A DNA stretch of 64,000 nt from Oopsacas minuta. Its lineage: Eukaryota; Animalia; Porifera. This document shows, piece by piece, positions 11,592-24,138 of this stretch. The stretch lies in assembly GCA_024704765.1 (NCBI GenBank), contig JAKMXF010000029.1, positions 11,651-75,650 on the forward strand, read 5' to 3'. Under the pieces are notes generated by a model. That model ran no database searches. It saw only the letters and a program-made list of their open reading frames with translations, and had not been told where the DNA came from. Made by a program: the position numbers and the translations under genes. Numbering within the stretch: the stretch's first letter is position 1; every line of letters starts with the position of its first letter.

Positions 11592-14285
11592 CAGGCTTGG
11601 ACTGGGTCACGAATAAACCGGGTCATCGGGTCAACCGGGTCACTATTTTCAATAAATTAGCGGGTCTGAACCGGGTCACTGATTTTGACTTGACCCGGTT
11701 TATATCTTTATAGATAATTAAATTATAACGGTTTGTAAATCATGAAGATTCAGTCAATATTAGTTAGACGTTTCATTTTCATGAATCATTAGTATTTTAC
11801 TAACTTGTTTGGTATCATTACTACTGTATACTTATATACATATATACTCTTATGTACGTATATAGATATGTAATATACTTTTGTATGTTTAGAGATGGAT
11901 TGTGCTGGTATTAGTAAGAAAGTTGAAAATGAGATTTATACCTTAAAAGTAAAATCTTCCACACGTTTGAACATAAGTCCTTTTGGAAATATTTTTCAGA
12001 AGTTTTGAACGATAACGGAAACATTATTTTTGGAGTAGCATGCTGTAACCATTGTCTCAAATGCATTATTTATAAAATGAAAGTGGATAGTGGTAAGATT
12101 ATTGATTATGGAACAAAGAATTTGAATGTCACATACGATATTGTAGTCCAGATGTATCATCATCCTCACAGGTTAGAATCACGTCTCTTCTTAATAGAAG
12201 TTACTTCTAAGGATATTATAAATAAACAGGATGCTCAAAAAATTCTTATCTCTAGTAGAAATTTCATTGCGGGGGGCATTTTTGTCATTTAATACCATTG
12301 GAAATCCACAATTCATCCTTTTCTCTCAAGAAATGATCAGAATTGGTGCAAAATATGGTAATGTGAGTGCTTCTAATATACTTCCTGGACGAAAGGCTAT
12401 ATCAAAATCAACAGTTGAACAGATCAATACTATCAAACAAGATATTTGTTCTAGACTCCAAGATCCAATACAGAGGGATGCTGTTGCTTTCACAACAGAT
12501 CTTTGGACAGATAATGTTATGAATTGAAGTTACCTAGATGTTTCCTTTTTCTGGATTTCACAGGGTACGGATGAGAGTGATATTGGTAAAGAATTATGGA
12601 CCCTCAAACGCGCTATGTATGCTTGCAAAGTTTTTCCCAAAATAAAAACCTCTGAAAATATTGAGTTTGAGCTAGATCAAATTTTAACAGAAGTATATTG
12701 TGATCCTACTAATACTCCTGTTACAACAGACAAGGGAGCAAATATGGTGGCTGCTACTGCACAAAAGATTAGGATAGATTGTGCCTGTCACAGAATTAAT
12801 ACCGCGATTAAAACTGGATGGGAACGAGCTATGATGGAAAATGAGGAACTCGACCAGCTTCATGATGACGTTAATAAGGCAGTTACATTTGCAAAAAAAT
12901 CATCTGGAATTCAATCGGAACTACCTATATCACTGAAAAGAGGTGGTAAGACAAGGCCATGGAGAAGTCTTTACTCAATGTTTAACTCGATTTTGCAGTC
13001 ATATGGAAAGTTATCAGACATATTAACAGAGAAGAATAAGGCTTACATTGTTGCAGGAATAGACTTGAATCTTTTGGCTATCGTCACGAAGTTTTTTGAA
13101 AAACTTAATCGTATATTCGATATCCTCGAATTTGGATCTATAGCTAGTATTCAGAATGTGGCACCCTCATATTATGCTCTTCAAAATGCTTGGGAAATAG
13201 AAACAGATGATGATCCATTAACACGTATTCTGAGACGAATAATGACAGAAGAACTTGTACAAAAGGTGTGGACATCTCTAAATTCTATCCATTTTATTGC
13301 AGCTTACCTCGATCCTACACTAAAATCATTTCTATTCAGTGAAGAATAAACAAGATCGCATCATTTTCCTTAAAACTGCAAGAGAAGGTATTATACTTGC
13401 ATTTAAAGAGAAATTAATTCCTCCCCCACAATTCCAAATTCAGGAAAATCAGGTAGATGAACCTCTTCTGCCATCAGCTCCTAAAAGTAATAGATTAGAT
13501 CCACTTTTATGCTTTAGGAACTGTAGTACTACAGTTTCAACTAATAATTATACGAATTGGAATGAAGAATTTGGAGATCAGAATTAACAGACTATGAAAA
13601 GATCATTTCGATTCAATATGATGAAGATATCTTTGATCCTATAAAGTGGTGGGGGAAACACAGTTGCAGATTCCCAATTACCAGTTTCCTGTCACAGTCA
13701 TTTTTAGTAATTCAGGCTAGTTCGGCTGAATCGGAACGCCACTTTAGTTCTGCCGGTCGCGTTACGAGGAAAGAGCGGGCAAAATTGAATCCAGATACAG
13801 TGGAGGGGTGAGTTCTTCTTAATGATGCATTGAAAAAGAAGATAATATGACAGACTTCACTTAGTATCTCTCCAATTATACTACTAATCTTTATCTCCAT
13901 TAATCATAATTATCATTTGTTCTTAGCGTTACTTAAATATATTAAATTTCATATATCAAAATCAGAACATATTTTCAGGACTTCTGGAACAAAAATATGG
14001 TGCTAACAGAAAACACTAGGGCCCCAGCTACTATATATCCCAACTTTAACTATTAGGACCCTAGGCGAGTTTTAAAACACTATGCCTTGTTCAGACTTAT
14101 CAACCCTTTCTACAAATTTCCCTGGATTTTAATTGCCAAATCCCAGGATATTAAAACTTAGTAAAATCTAATCGTTATCAAATCGCATGAATATAGAAAA
14201 TTAATGTTTTGAAAAACCGGGTTACCGGGTCAGAGCTTTCAACCATTTCTACCGGGTCAGGAAATCATGACCCGATCCAAGCCTG
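11592..14285 (+). mobile_element. hAT transposon, full length (2694 bp), decayed
   Basis: TIRs CAGGCTTGGACTGGGTCA and the reverse complement of TGACCCGATCCAAGCCTG. Perfect 8-bp TSD CACTGTAT at 11584-11591 and 14286-14293. Subterminal accgggtca repeats. An empty site with a single CACTGTAT is present at 25492-25499. Confidence 0.95.
12005..13851 (+). pseudogene. hAT transposase pseudogene (frameshifts and stops)
   Basis: Fragments carry FTTDLWTD, TDKGANMVAA, CACHRIN (CxxH), TRPW, AAYLDP and the C-terminal dimerisation motif IKWWG...QASSAESERHFSSAG. At least four lesions. Confidence 0.9.
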
Positions 14286-14372
14286 CACTGTATTATTAAA
14301 TCAGAATGAATGTTTAATTATCTAATATCCTCATGAAAGAGACTAATTGAATGTAATCAAGGATGTAGTAAG

Positions 14373-14587
14373 TTCAGTTCGGCTGTCACGTATTTCAGAA
14401 TTCAATTTCTCTTTTCTGTCATCTTTCAGCAATTTACGGATTGAATATATTGCCCATGAACTGGAGAATATTAAAATAAGTAGAAAGTTTAGGAAGAATA
14501 TTGGCGAAAAATACTATGAATTTTGTTTATATGAGGCAAAATTTTATTATTGTAATGTTTTTGGGATGTAGTGATGCTACTGTTCAT
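14373..14587 (-). pseudogene. Truncated, inverted 5' fragment of a 7TM paralogue (first ~70 codons, 1-nt deletion), with its upstream flank extending to ~14860
   Basis: The reverse complement reads ATGAACAGTAGCATCACTACATCCCAAAAACAT..., matching 10237-10452. Upstream homology matches ~9890-10236. It breaks off at 14373, where the sequence switches to the 3' flank of gene A. Confidence 0.9.
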
Positions 14588-14877
14588 TTCTTGTGTATTA
14601 CAGTTGATATCTTTTTCTCATATATATATATATCCTCCACCAGTCAGTCCCCCTCTGGTTACTCAATTAGTAAATGCTCATTTCTATTAACTGATCATCC
14701 TATGCTAACTACTTAATTAACTATCAGATATAATTATCAACCATTTCTAACTATTTCCCTGGATAATTATCTCAAAATTTCGGGATTCAATTTCCCTGAG
14801 TTTCTAATTTTATCTATATTATTATATTATTAACGCATTTAATATGATGTAAGTATATATATATATATATATACATA

Positions 14878-15450
14878 CAGAGTGGGCCAAAAATTGGGCC
14901 CGAACAATTTGCTTCGATGCTGCTTAATATTTAGGAGAGATAACAAAACCTTATAGTTATAGAGCTAAAATGGCGTACAAGATGTATACAAGCTATTATT
15001 ATCGTAGGTTGAAAGTCTAAGAGGATTAGAGCTCAGGGGCGAGATGGACACCATCAAAATAGTCCCTTTTTTGGATTTTTGAGGAAAAATTCCAATTACA
15101 TTCTTCAGAACTATTTCTCCCGGCATGACTTGCACGGTCTTCGGACTTGCTAATTAGGTTTTTAACTGTTCTCTCAGGCTGAAAACTCTTAACCCAACCA
15201 TGAATTCTTGATTTCCAGGGCGCATTTTTGACATCGAATATATGCTGATATTTTGTGTAATCTCCTTGAAAGACCGGGATTCAAAAATTCTCTGAATTCA
15301 CAAAGACTTGTACTGAATACTCTATTATTCGTCTTTGGATTATCTAACATATATTTAAAGAGAATAAATAGAACAGTATTGCTTTGTTTGACTAATAGTT
15401 TCAAGATGGCCTGAAATGTACACGGGGCCGGTTGTTTTTGGCTCACTCGG
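14878..15450. mobile_element. Tc1-like MITE, ~570 bp
   Basis: TA-flanked imperfect TIRs cagagtgggccaaaaa and the reverse complement of tttttggctcactcgg. Confidence 0.6.
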
Positions 15451-16403
15451 TATTCCAATGTTCGTATGACCAGAATTGATTGAAGAAACTGGAAGATCCC
15501 CAGAGCTGAATTTTGCATAGAGGACAGGGGTACTTTGGGCCTGGCTCGGACAAGTTCGAGTCTTGGACGAAAGTTCAAACCTATGACGAAATTATGACGT
15601 AATTGTCACAATTTTGGATTTTAAAATATCACATTAATGGCCACTGCTCAGCCAATATACATGAGAGAATTCTGAAATTTGAATCGCAGGTATCCCTAAT
15701 GGTATAAATATGTATCTCTATGTATTATTGTTTATTAATTGACCAATTAAATTTACCAATATTTTACATTAAGAATAAATACATCGACAACAAAATCTTT
15801 GAGTTTATTATTCCGCGGATATTCAACTAAATGTTGCTTGAATACACATGTAAGCATGTTAAATATATTTCAACGAGTGAAGCAGCCAAAATGACGAAAA
15901 AGTGCCAAAGACAAATGTGAAAAAGGTAAATAATGAACACTTTCATAAAAGTCTACGTAAACTTATAAAGTAGAATGAATGAATGATTAATGTGGTCTGT
16001 TCTCTATAGAACCTCTACTTAGAGTCGTTTTAATGGTTTATATGTACTTGATATATTCTATATCTATACTATGTATAATAGGGGCTGTTCAAATGTTACG
16101 TTACGCTACAAGGGGGAAGGGGTGGTATGTGAAATGTGACAGCTCCATTCCTTTTGTATTATATAACGGTCCAAAAGCGTGACACAGGGAGGCTAGGAGG
16201 AGGTGCCAATATTTATGGAATTTACACTACGTAACGTTTGAACGGACTAATATATCAATAAGAATACGAGAGCACCCTAAGGGTGCCGCCCGCGAACGCG
16301 AAGTGTACTCGATCAGCGCAGCGTAAGACAGCAAAGCTTCCTTATATTCTATAATACGTGTATAGGTAGTAATTATATTTGTATGCAATTGGCAATCATT
16401 ATT

Positions 16404-17569
16404 TCACATTTTCATTCTGTAAGCTGTATTGTTTCTTTCAATCAAACGTTTGAGAGAAGATCTGTTAGAAGAAATATTGTTATTCAGCTTAATACGATGA
16501 TAAATGCTCCGAAATGTCCTGCGTAGAGAAACAGTCAAATAGAGTAATATCTGTATGTTAGTTCCTAGTATTAACAAAATTATTTCTATTGTGTTAACGT
16601 ATGAAAGAATATTATAAATAGTATCAGCCTCATTATGTGTCCAAATGTTGGAATCTTCAACCAATTTCATAATAACTGGATTGATACAGTAGATGGAGAA
16701 ACCCAAATATTGAGCAAAGAATGCTATTAACATAACAATTGATCCTTTCTTATAATCATTGTATACTGTTTTGTAGTAGAGTATTACAGTTTTAGATTGG
16801 TTTTCATGTTGAATTGCATCAGAAAGTCGTTGTTTGAGTAAAAGACACAATTTTCTACTTACAATGAGAAGCAAGACATATTCATAGATTACCACCATTA
16901 CATATCATTATTAGTTGTGGTTGTGGTACTACAGCCATAATGAATAGGACGATAAGACAGGAAAGTGAGATATATAACTCAAACTTTAAATTCAGTTGTG
17001 ATTTGAAATAACTGTATTGATATACCATAAACTGTGTTAGAATACGAACAAATAATGCTATAGAGTAGACAGATATTGTGGTTACAGCATTCGCTATACG
17101 ACGAATCTTTGAGTGTATCAAAAGATCTAACGGAATGTAACTATTTATATTTTCTGAATTGTATACTAGTTGTATTTGAGGCCAGAAATGTTGCAACCCA
17201 ATCTCTGATAATTTTTTAAGATAAAAAATTACAATATAAATCACAACGGAGACGATTGAAATTGTCATTGTAATTTCACTCAAACATATGGCCAAGAGGA
17301 AGCTATGTTTTATTCTGTTTATTTTGAAATTCGGCATCCCATTTAGCGTACATTTTCAGGTCGGCTATTCCATTCAGCTTCATTTTCCTCTCTTTTGCAA
17401 TTTTTCTGTAATCTATGAATTAAACATATTGCCCATGAAGTCGAGAATATTAGAATAAGAGTGAAATTTAGATAGAATATCAACGCGAAAGTGGTACTAA
17501 CAAGAGAGTATATTCTGTAGCCATAAAGTTTCTGGATAATTTCCTCACTAGTTTTTGAATATTAATCAT
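16404..17569 (-). pseudogene. 7TM paralogue B, frameshifted pseudogene
   Basis: Pieces align to A and C over the whole length. Lesions: a 14-nt deletion between tgtaat repeats at ~16895, a 1-nt deletion at ~17345, and probably a further shift near the start. Confidence 0.88.
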
Positions 17570-18095
17570 TTACCTAACCAATAATATTGGAGCATGCTAA
17601 CTGCTGTAGGATAATATATACTTAGATATTACGTACTATTTAGGAATAATTGGGTAGTTTATTTAGGAAAAAATACCTAAAATTGGTTGAGAATTGTAAA
17701 AGGTTAAATTTCCTATTTGTAATCATTATCAAATTAATATTTTCACTTATGTAATTGTAATCATTTAGGAATAATTATTTTGGATATTATCAAATCTCTA
17801 TTGTAATTGTAGTTATAGGAAATATAAACCTTGCCTAGTTATCAAGATACCCAGTTTTCAATATATTCGTACTGACTTGCTCTCAAGGTATACATCGGAG
17901 TATGGGAGCAACCAAGTCAGTACATCCTCAGTTATCTCAAGTACATTATTCTTGGAATATCAAGTATGCTGTTCGGATAACTGAATGCATGTATGAAATT
18001 CTTAAGATGAAATCACTTCTTGAGATTATATGGAATTATGATTTTACTAATAGCATTACATAGCATAGTGGCTCAGTTTAAAATGGTTGACTTAG

Positions 18096-18173
18096 TATAT
18101 ATGTTATGGGCAGTATGAGAAATTGGGCATTAAGCATAATGCCCAATTTCTCATACTGCCCATAACATATATA
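18096..18173. repeat. Perfect 37-bp inverted repeat with a 4-nt loop
   Basis: tatatatgttatgggcagtatgagaaattgggcatta-agca-taatgcccaatttctcatactgcccataacatatata. Confidence 0.95.
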
Positions 18174-20759
18174 TACATTAGCGCAACTAGGCTTATGAGT
18201 CAGTGTGGGCAAATATGACTCTCCTTATACTTTTTGTAGTACGGTGGAGTCAAATCTGGGTGGGCGATATACCCACCAAAATTGGCCTTAGTTGCACCTA
18301 TGTATATAAATGTTACGGTCAATACCTGAAATCCGAATATACTTTAGTACAGTGCAGTAGCTCAGTATTGAAATAGGTGCCTGAAATTTATCTACCGTGT
18401 CGACTACTAGTTAGCGACTCTGTACTGAGATTATTGCCAATATATACCATTTTTAAGGCCAAATTATTAGCAAAATCAAAATTTCTCCAAAAGGGAGAGC
18501 TGAAGAAACTGGCTCACTAACTAGTAGTTCACACAGTACATAAATTTAATGCACCTATTTCAATACTGAGTCACTATTCTGAAGTATACTCGGCACATTA
18601 TAAATAATACAGACCATGTTACGCGTATTGACTAACAGGTTGAATCTCAGTAGGCGTACTGACTAGCTATCTCGCGTGTTTTGCTCGCCTTTCACACCTT
18701 TATGGATTAAGACACCAAATTTGGCATGTGTACTCGTAGTGACATATAATTGTGCACCTGACATTTGAAAAGTTTCCAATGTGTATATTTTCACACTTTT
18801 TGACACCTCTGCATTTTAGCCCAATCAGATTGAAAGGTTTTACAATTTGTCATAAATGCATAAAATTAATTCTGATGGAGTGTTTGTAATTAAATTAGCA
18901 CTGTAATGTATATGTATTGATGTAGACTGCCATTCTATTGGTCAAGACATTCTATTAAATATATATATATATACACTGATTTATCATATGATCAAACATA
19001 TCTTCACACATTTTAGTGAATATTTCAAATCATCCTTGAGATTAGCTTCCACTTGTTAAATAGGGGTGAACAGGACGTAGAATGCGATTTTGACATATTT
19101 AAATGTCTAATAAGATTTGCTAATATGGATATTTAGTAGAATAATATAGTTTCAATATTCCACTGAAATAAATTTGGTAAAATTTAAGTCGGTGTAGATG
19201 GTGATTGGAGATTTTACTCTCCCGACTATATACAGTAGAAGGCACAGTACAGGGACGGCGCCAGGATTCATCTTTTTGACATTTTTGGGTAGGCCCATAT
19301 TTGAGATGGTAGGTACGCATAGAGGGAAGGGCGCCGAATTTGCCTTGAACCGAGTGGGGGTTCGGTGGTCCTCCATAGGGAATTTTTGAAAAATGAGAAA
19401 ACCTGATACTTGTTACTTGGGTCATTTCAAAAGTACTGATCACTAATCATAATTGATACTAATATTAATATAAATGAACACATTAAACTTATTCCAGATT
19501 GTTTAATCAATTCGCTATTAATGGTCCTCAAATGTAAAGAATATTAGATATATACCTTTCTATTTACGTATTATTTTATATTAATAACTATCATAAGTCT
19601 GCTATTGAGTGTCATTTTGTCATTTCCTTATTTAATAAATAATGATTGCTAGCAATTCTATTGATTTAGTTGAAGTGTCTTGGTTTGTGGCCATTTTGAA
19701 TAGAAATCCAACAGAAGTACACATACAATATCTACAAGAATCATTAGAAAAATCCATTTTGAAAAGGATGAAGATGGAAAATTAGAGCATCTACAGGCCC
19801 AAATTGAATTCTTAAAATCAAAGCTGAATATGTTACTGCAAATTCGAACAAAAAAATTCGAAACTACTTCTTCAGGTATGCATGCTAAGGAAGGAACTCC
19901 ATTTTATCCAAAATAATGGGCAATTAGTAATAGAAAATTCAATATTTTATGAGGCTTCACAAATGGAGGAAGACCCGGATGTCAGTCAAATGACTAGTGA
20001 ATTGAAAGATGAGACAGACGAAAATAAATGATACCTCAAAAGGAGAAGATTCGTGTCCCAATCATTTTCATATCATATTCAGTTTCCCTATTCTATTACT
20101 CATCTTATATGTTAGTCAATAGACATATTCCTTGTTAGTTATTTATCTTCTTTCTCAATATATTTTCACTAATTATCCTAGAAAACTACTTAATTGAATC
20201 ATTGCCAACTAATATAATAATTTTGGGCCAGTGCTTCCTGCAAATCATTATAATACAAAGAGTAAATTTGTCCCAAAGACCAACTCATGCTTACCCACTG
20301 ATGGGTTTATTACATATGATACCCAGCTAAAACATTAATTCCAAATAATCGAATTGTATTCCAGTTTGCATTTGATTTGGAATGAATGTAAAGAGAAGTA
20401 TGCTCATGATTCGAAGCGCGACCTTGAAAGCTGCTTTTAATTGTTTCTCTATCTCTTACCGTTTTCAAGTAAACTTGATGGGAAAATTGGACTGCTTGCG
20501 AAGATCTTGGAATCACTCCTTAGTTATTCTGCAATCTGCATTTCTGCGCACCACCTGATGTCAAAAACTACAAATTCACTAGTAATCTCAGAAGGTTGGA
20601 TATCAGCTATTGTTCTAAATTTCTCTCCTGGCAAAAAATTTATGATGTCACATATAAAAATTGAAAAAATTGGTACTTAGTTATTAAAACTACTTTATTT
20701 TTAAATATTTTGATATATATTACTTATTGATTTGATATGTCGAAAGACAATATTCCACT

Positions 20760-22552
20760 CAAGTATCTCCTGCAGAAAGGGTGGAAGCACTTGAGACATG
20801 AGAATGAGACAGCTGAAGAGCGAGCTATTCGTCTAGAGGAACAAAGGCGAAACAAAGATCACTGAGAGAGCTCCAATCTGATCAAGACCGTGGTAGGAGC
20901 CAAAATTCTCAGCGTATATACTAGGACACTAGGAGACAAAATGAAAGCCAAGATCAAACAGCTGACTGTTTGGACTATAAGCGAAAACACCAGGCTGACC
21001 TCAGAGAGATCGAGTCTGAGGCTGAAAGAGCCAGGCGCCTAGACGACAAAAGAAAACACCAAGCTTGCCTTAGAGAAACCCAGACTGAAGATGAGCGAAT
21101 GGTTCGTTTGCAATTACAAACATCTGTAGACAGGGGCGGATACAGGGGGGGGGGGGGGGCATAACCCCCCCTGAGATTTTGAGATCTAATTTTCTGTCTC
21201 AAAATGAATAACTAATAAGCTAAGTTAACTTAAATTGTTCCTCTATATGTGGTAGAAATAGCTGTAGTTCGCTATTTCAGAGTATAACTTTTACAAATTT
21301 TCTGGGGGTTTGCCTCCAGACCTCCCTTAGGGATAACTCGCTACGCTTGCAACTTGGCCCCCCCTGAGATTATATCCTGGATACGCCCCTGTCTGCAGAT
21401 AATAGAAATAAATCACTACAATCTAAGAGAGGTATCTTAATATTGCTAGGCTACATATTGCTACTGAAGTATGTGATATCTTAGTTGGTGGAGAATGAAT
21501 AGGTAGCATGACCTATAATTGTTCATTCTATGACGCCAAATTTTGGGAGGGGAAAGGTTATCTACAAGTGCAAAATTTTGTTTCAAGTTTTCACTTTGCT
21601 GTGGAGAGGATAAAGTCGTTCTTCCCCCTACAGACTAACTCACTGAACTTCTAGATCACCTTCTTACATCTAATACTAGAGGTAGGAATCATATAAGAGC
21701 ATACAATTGACTTCTTGCGTTCTGTCCCCTCGCAGCGAATATTGACTAAGAACTGGCGAACGCTAGGCGTGGAGTATACACATTCTGCATTCAAAGGGTT
21801 GTACATCATTACATTAGAAGTTTGCTTGCAAATCGTGACGAGACACCTGCTTTTGCACGAATCTATATTCACGATGGTACCGAAGAAGCTGAAGTTGAAA
21901 TCGCCAGAGACATCTAGGAGAGACAAAACTTCCTGAGTTAAAGATCTGGCAGAGAATGCTCCATGAGTTAGCCCCTATGTTTCTTATTTCAAACATGCTG
22001 ATCTGATGCGAGAACAGGGCGGAATGGATATCAGGATGGTCATCCGAGCTGATGGTAACCCAGATCCCCGCCGATACAACCTTCCTACTGCCCGGAAATT
22101 GCAGTACTGCTTCCCGGATCAGGATACTCCGAAGCTGTACGGAACAGAGATATAGTGCTACATCTATTTGGTGGGAATCAAACGTATTACTGAAACTCAT
22201 TGTGCTTATGATTCTCTACAATATGTTTTGTTGTTTCCAGAAGGAAGTCACGGTTGGCATATTGGTATCCTTCATAGCAGAGGCGGAGGATTTGATAATG
22301 CACTGGAGTTCTACAGCTACTGCTTGATGGTTAGGCCTGGAGCCCACCTGTGCCTCTCTGGAAGACTTTTCCATCAGTACATCGTAGCCATGTACGCCAA
22401 GATTGAACAACAGAGGGTAAACTATATCAAGCTAGATCAACAGAAGATACGAGTTGATTTGTATAGCGGATTAGCTGATGCTGTAGCGAGAGGTGACACC
22501 AATGCAACAGATTTGGGACGGACTGTTATTCTTCCATCAAGTTTCACTAACT
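20760..22552 (+). pseudogene. Helitron Rep/Hel protein relic (N-terminal part only)
   Basis: N-terminal ETAEERAIRLE-type repeats, then IGSMTYNC, CCGEDKVVLP, DPRRYNLPT, HCAYDSLQYVLLFPEGSHGW and SGRLFHQYIVAMYAKIEQQRVNYIKLDQQKIRVDLYSGLADA...LGRTVILPSSFT (the Helitron_like_N region). Truncated before the RCR motifs and carries many stops. Confidence 0.9.
21131..21391. mobile_element. hAT-type MITE (261 bp) inserted in the Helitron relic
   Basis: TIRs CAGGGGCGGATACAGG and the reverse complement of CCTGGATACGCCCCTG. 8-bp TSD tctgtaga/tctgcaga. Confidence 0.88.
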
Positions 22553-24138
22553 AGAGGTTCAAATAAATGCTAAGGATAAATTGGGACCAAAGATTAGTGT
22601 GACTATTTCAAGATGTTCACTTATCAGAGGTTTCACTAACGGACGTTTCAGTGAATAACAAAGACACGAATTTGTCAATTTTTGCAACCTCACAGTTAGT
22701 CACCGGAGTTCAGAATGAGTTGATATTCCAATGACAGAAACTTCCTAGATCAGTATAGATAATTCCAAATGACATCTCTCTACGTGGACTGGCTGTATAA
22801 TTATAACGTGTAAAGTGTGCTCGAATTTACGAAATTTTGAAATTTTGCAAAAAGACCCAATTTTACGTCGCCGTTATTTCATCAAGGTTTCAGAATGGGA
22901 TGAAATTAAATTTACAGAAACCTCCTAGGCTAGTATTATCATATTCTAAATGGCATCTCTCTAGGTCCACTAGTTCATTATTATAACTATGTGCTCGATT
23001 TTCCTAATATTTTCCCTTCTAACTTCCTACTCATGTTTTACCTTGACCCCATGAGTTATAGTCTACCGCATCGATTTCTTCATTGTGCATTTCCAGAGCA
23101 TTAAGTGCTCCCGTCCTGAAAAAGGATCGGGGCTCATACCTCTGCTCCTAACTCAGAAAAGGCCACCTTCTTAATTCAATAATGAATACTGAATCGCCCG
23201 CTGCCAGTGCATGCATGACATTTGGATTACCCAGTAATGGGAAACTATTTATTAAATTGGAGTGGCCTAAAGTAAACAAATAATCAAAACATTAAAATAA
23301 TCGTCAAGACTTCCCCTTAACAGAGATATAGGGGTAACAGAGTATACTGAATCCGAATTTAGCATTTCAATTGAATACTCATATGTAAATAATAGTTGTT
23401 CTTAGTAAAATTCGAGGCAGGAGTTACATGTGAAAACACTGTGTCCGCCGGCCGCGAAGCACAAGCAAGCGAAGCGGCTCGTTATGTACTTGAAATTGTA
23501 AAGTTATGCAATAGATTGTAAGGAAATACTAATTACTTTGTTCAAACTAACTTATGAAACATTTTGCACCTCAAACTTTGATATATCATAATGGCATTGA
23601 GCTTTTATTAAATCTATACCTGATACCTTATATCCATTTAGCCAGTGAGATAGATTGTTAGAAATGCATTATAATGAAAGAGGACTACCGATTGCAGCGC
23701 AGCGCAGCACGAGCAAGCGAAGCACACCTAGTATATTATTACAAAATTTGGTAAATTCATTGAAGAAAATATTTCATATAGGTGACTTTAATTCAAAGTG
23801 ATTACGAATACACTACAGGAAAATTTGAATTCGAAATGTTTACAAAATCAATGTTCTAATCCCTATGAAATGACAGTCATTTTAGCAGAAACGATCTTCA
23901 TAGTTCATGCTGCATAAAATCACTTCGAAATTTTATGATGATTAATAAATTGAATATTTATATTATCCGTATCTACCCTTATCAACTACACATAATACTA
24001 CTAAACTACAAATATCCTGATAGTAAGGTATCCCTAAGTAGTAGTTATGATTACTGATCAGTAAGCTAACGTAAGCAATAATAGGGTAAGCAAAGATTTG
24101 GCGTATTTAAATAGGCAAATAATTAACTACACAAGAAA

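Noticed and set aside
15189-15578. 129-aa minus-strand ORF, and similar short ORFs at 451, 774, 1399, 8370, 19120, 34790, 35997 and 55007
   Set aside because: They fall within or across MITEs, dispersed repeats, introns or AT-rich spacer and show no domain signal, so they are chance ORFs.
19650-20680. Coding-looking decayed sequence on both strands
   Set aside because: Stop-ridden and I recognised no family. Probably an old transposon remnant.
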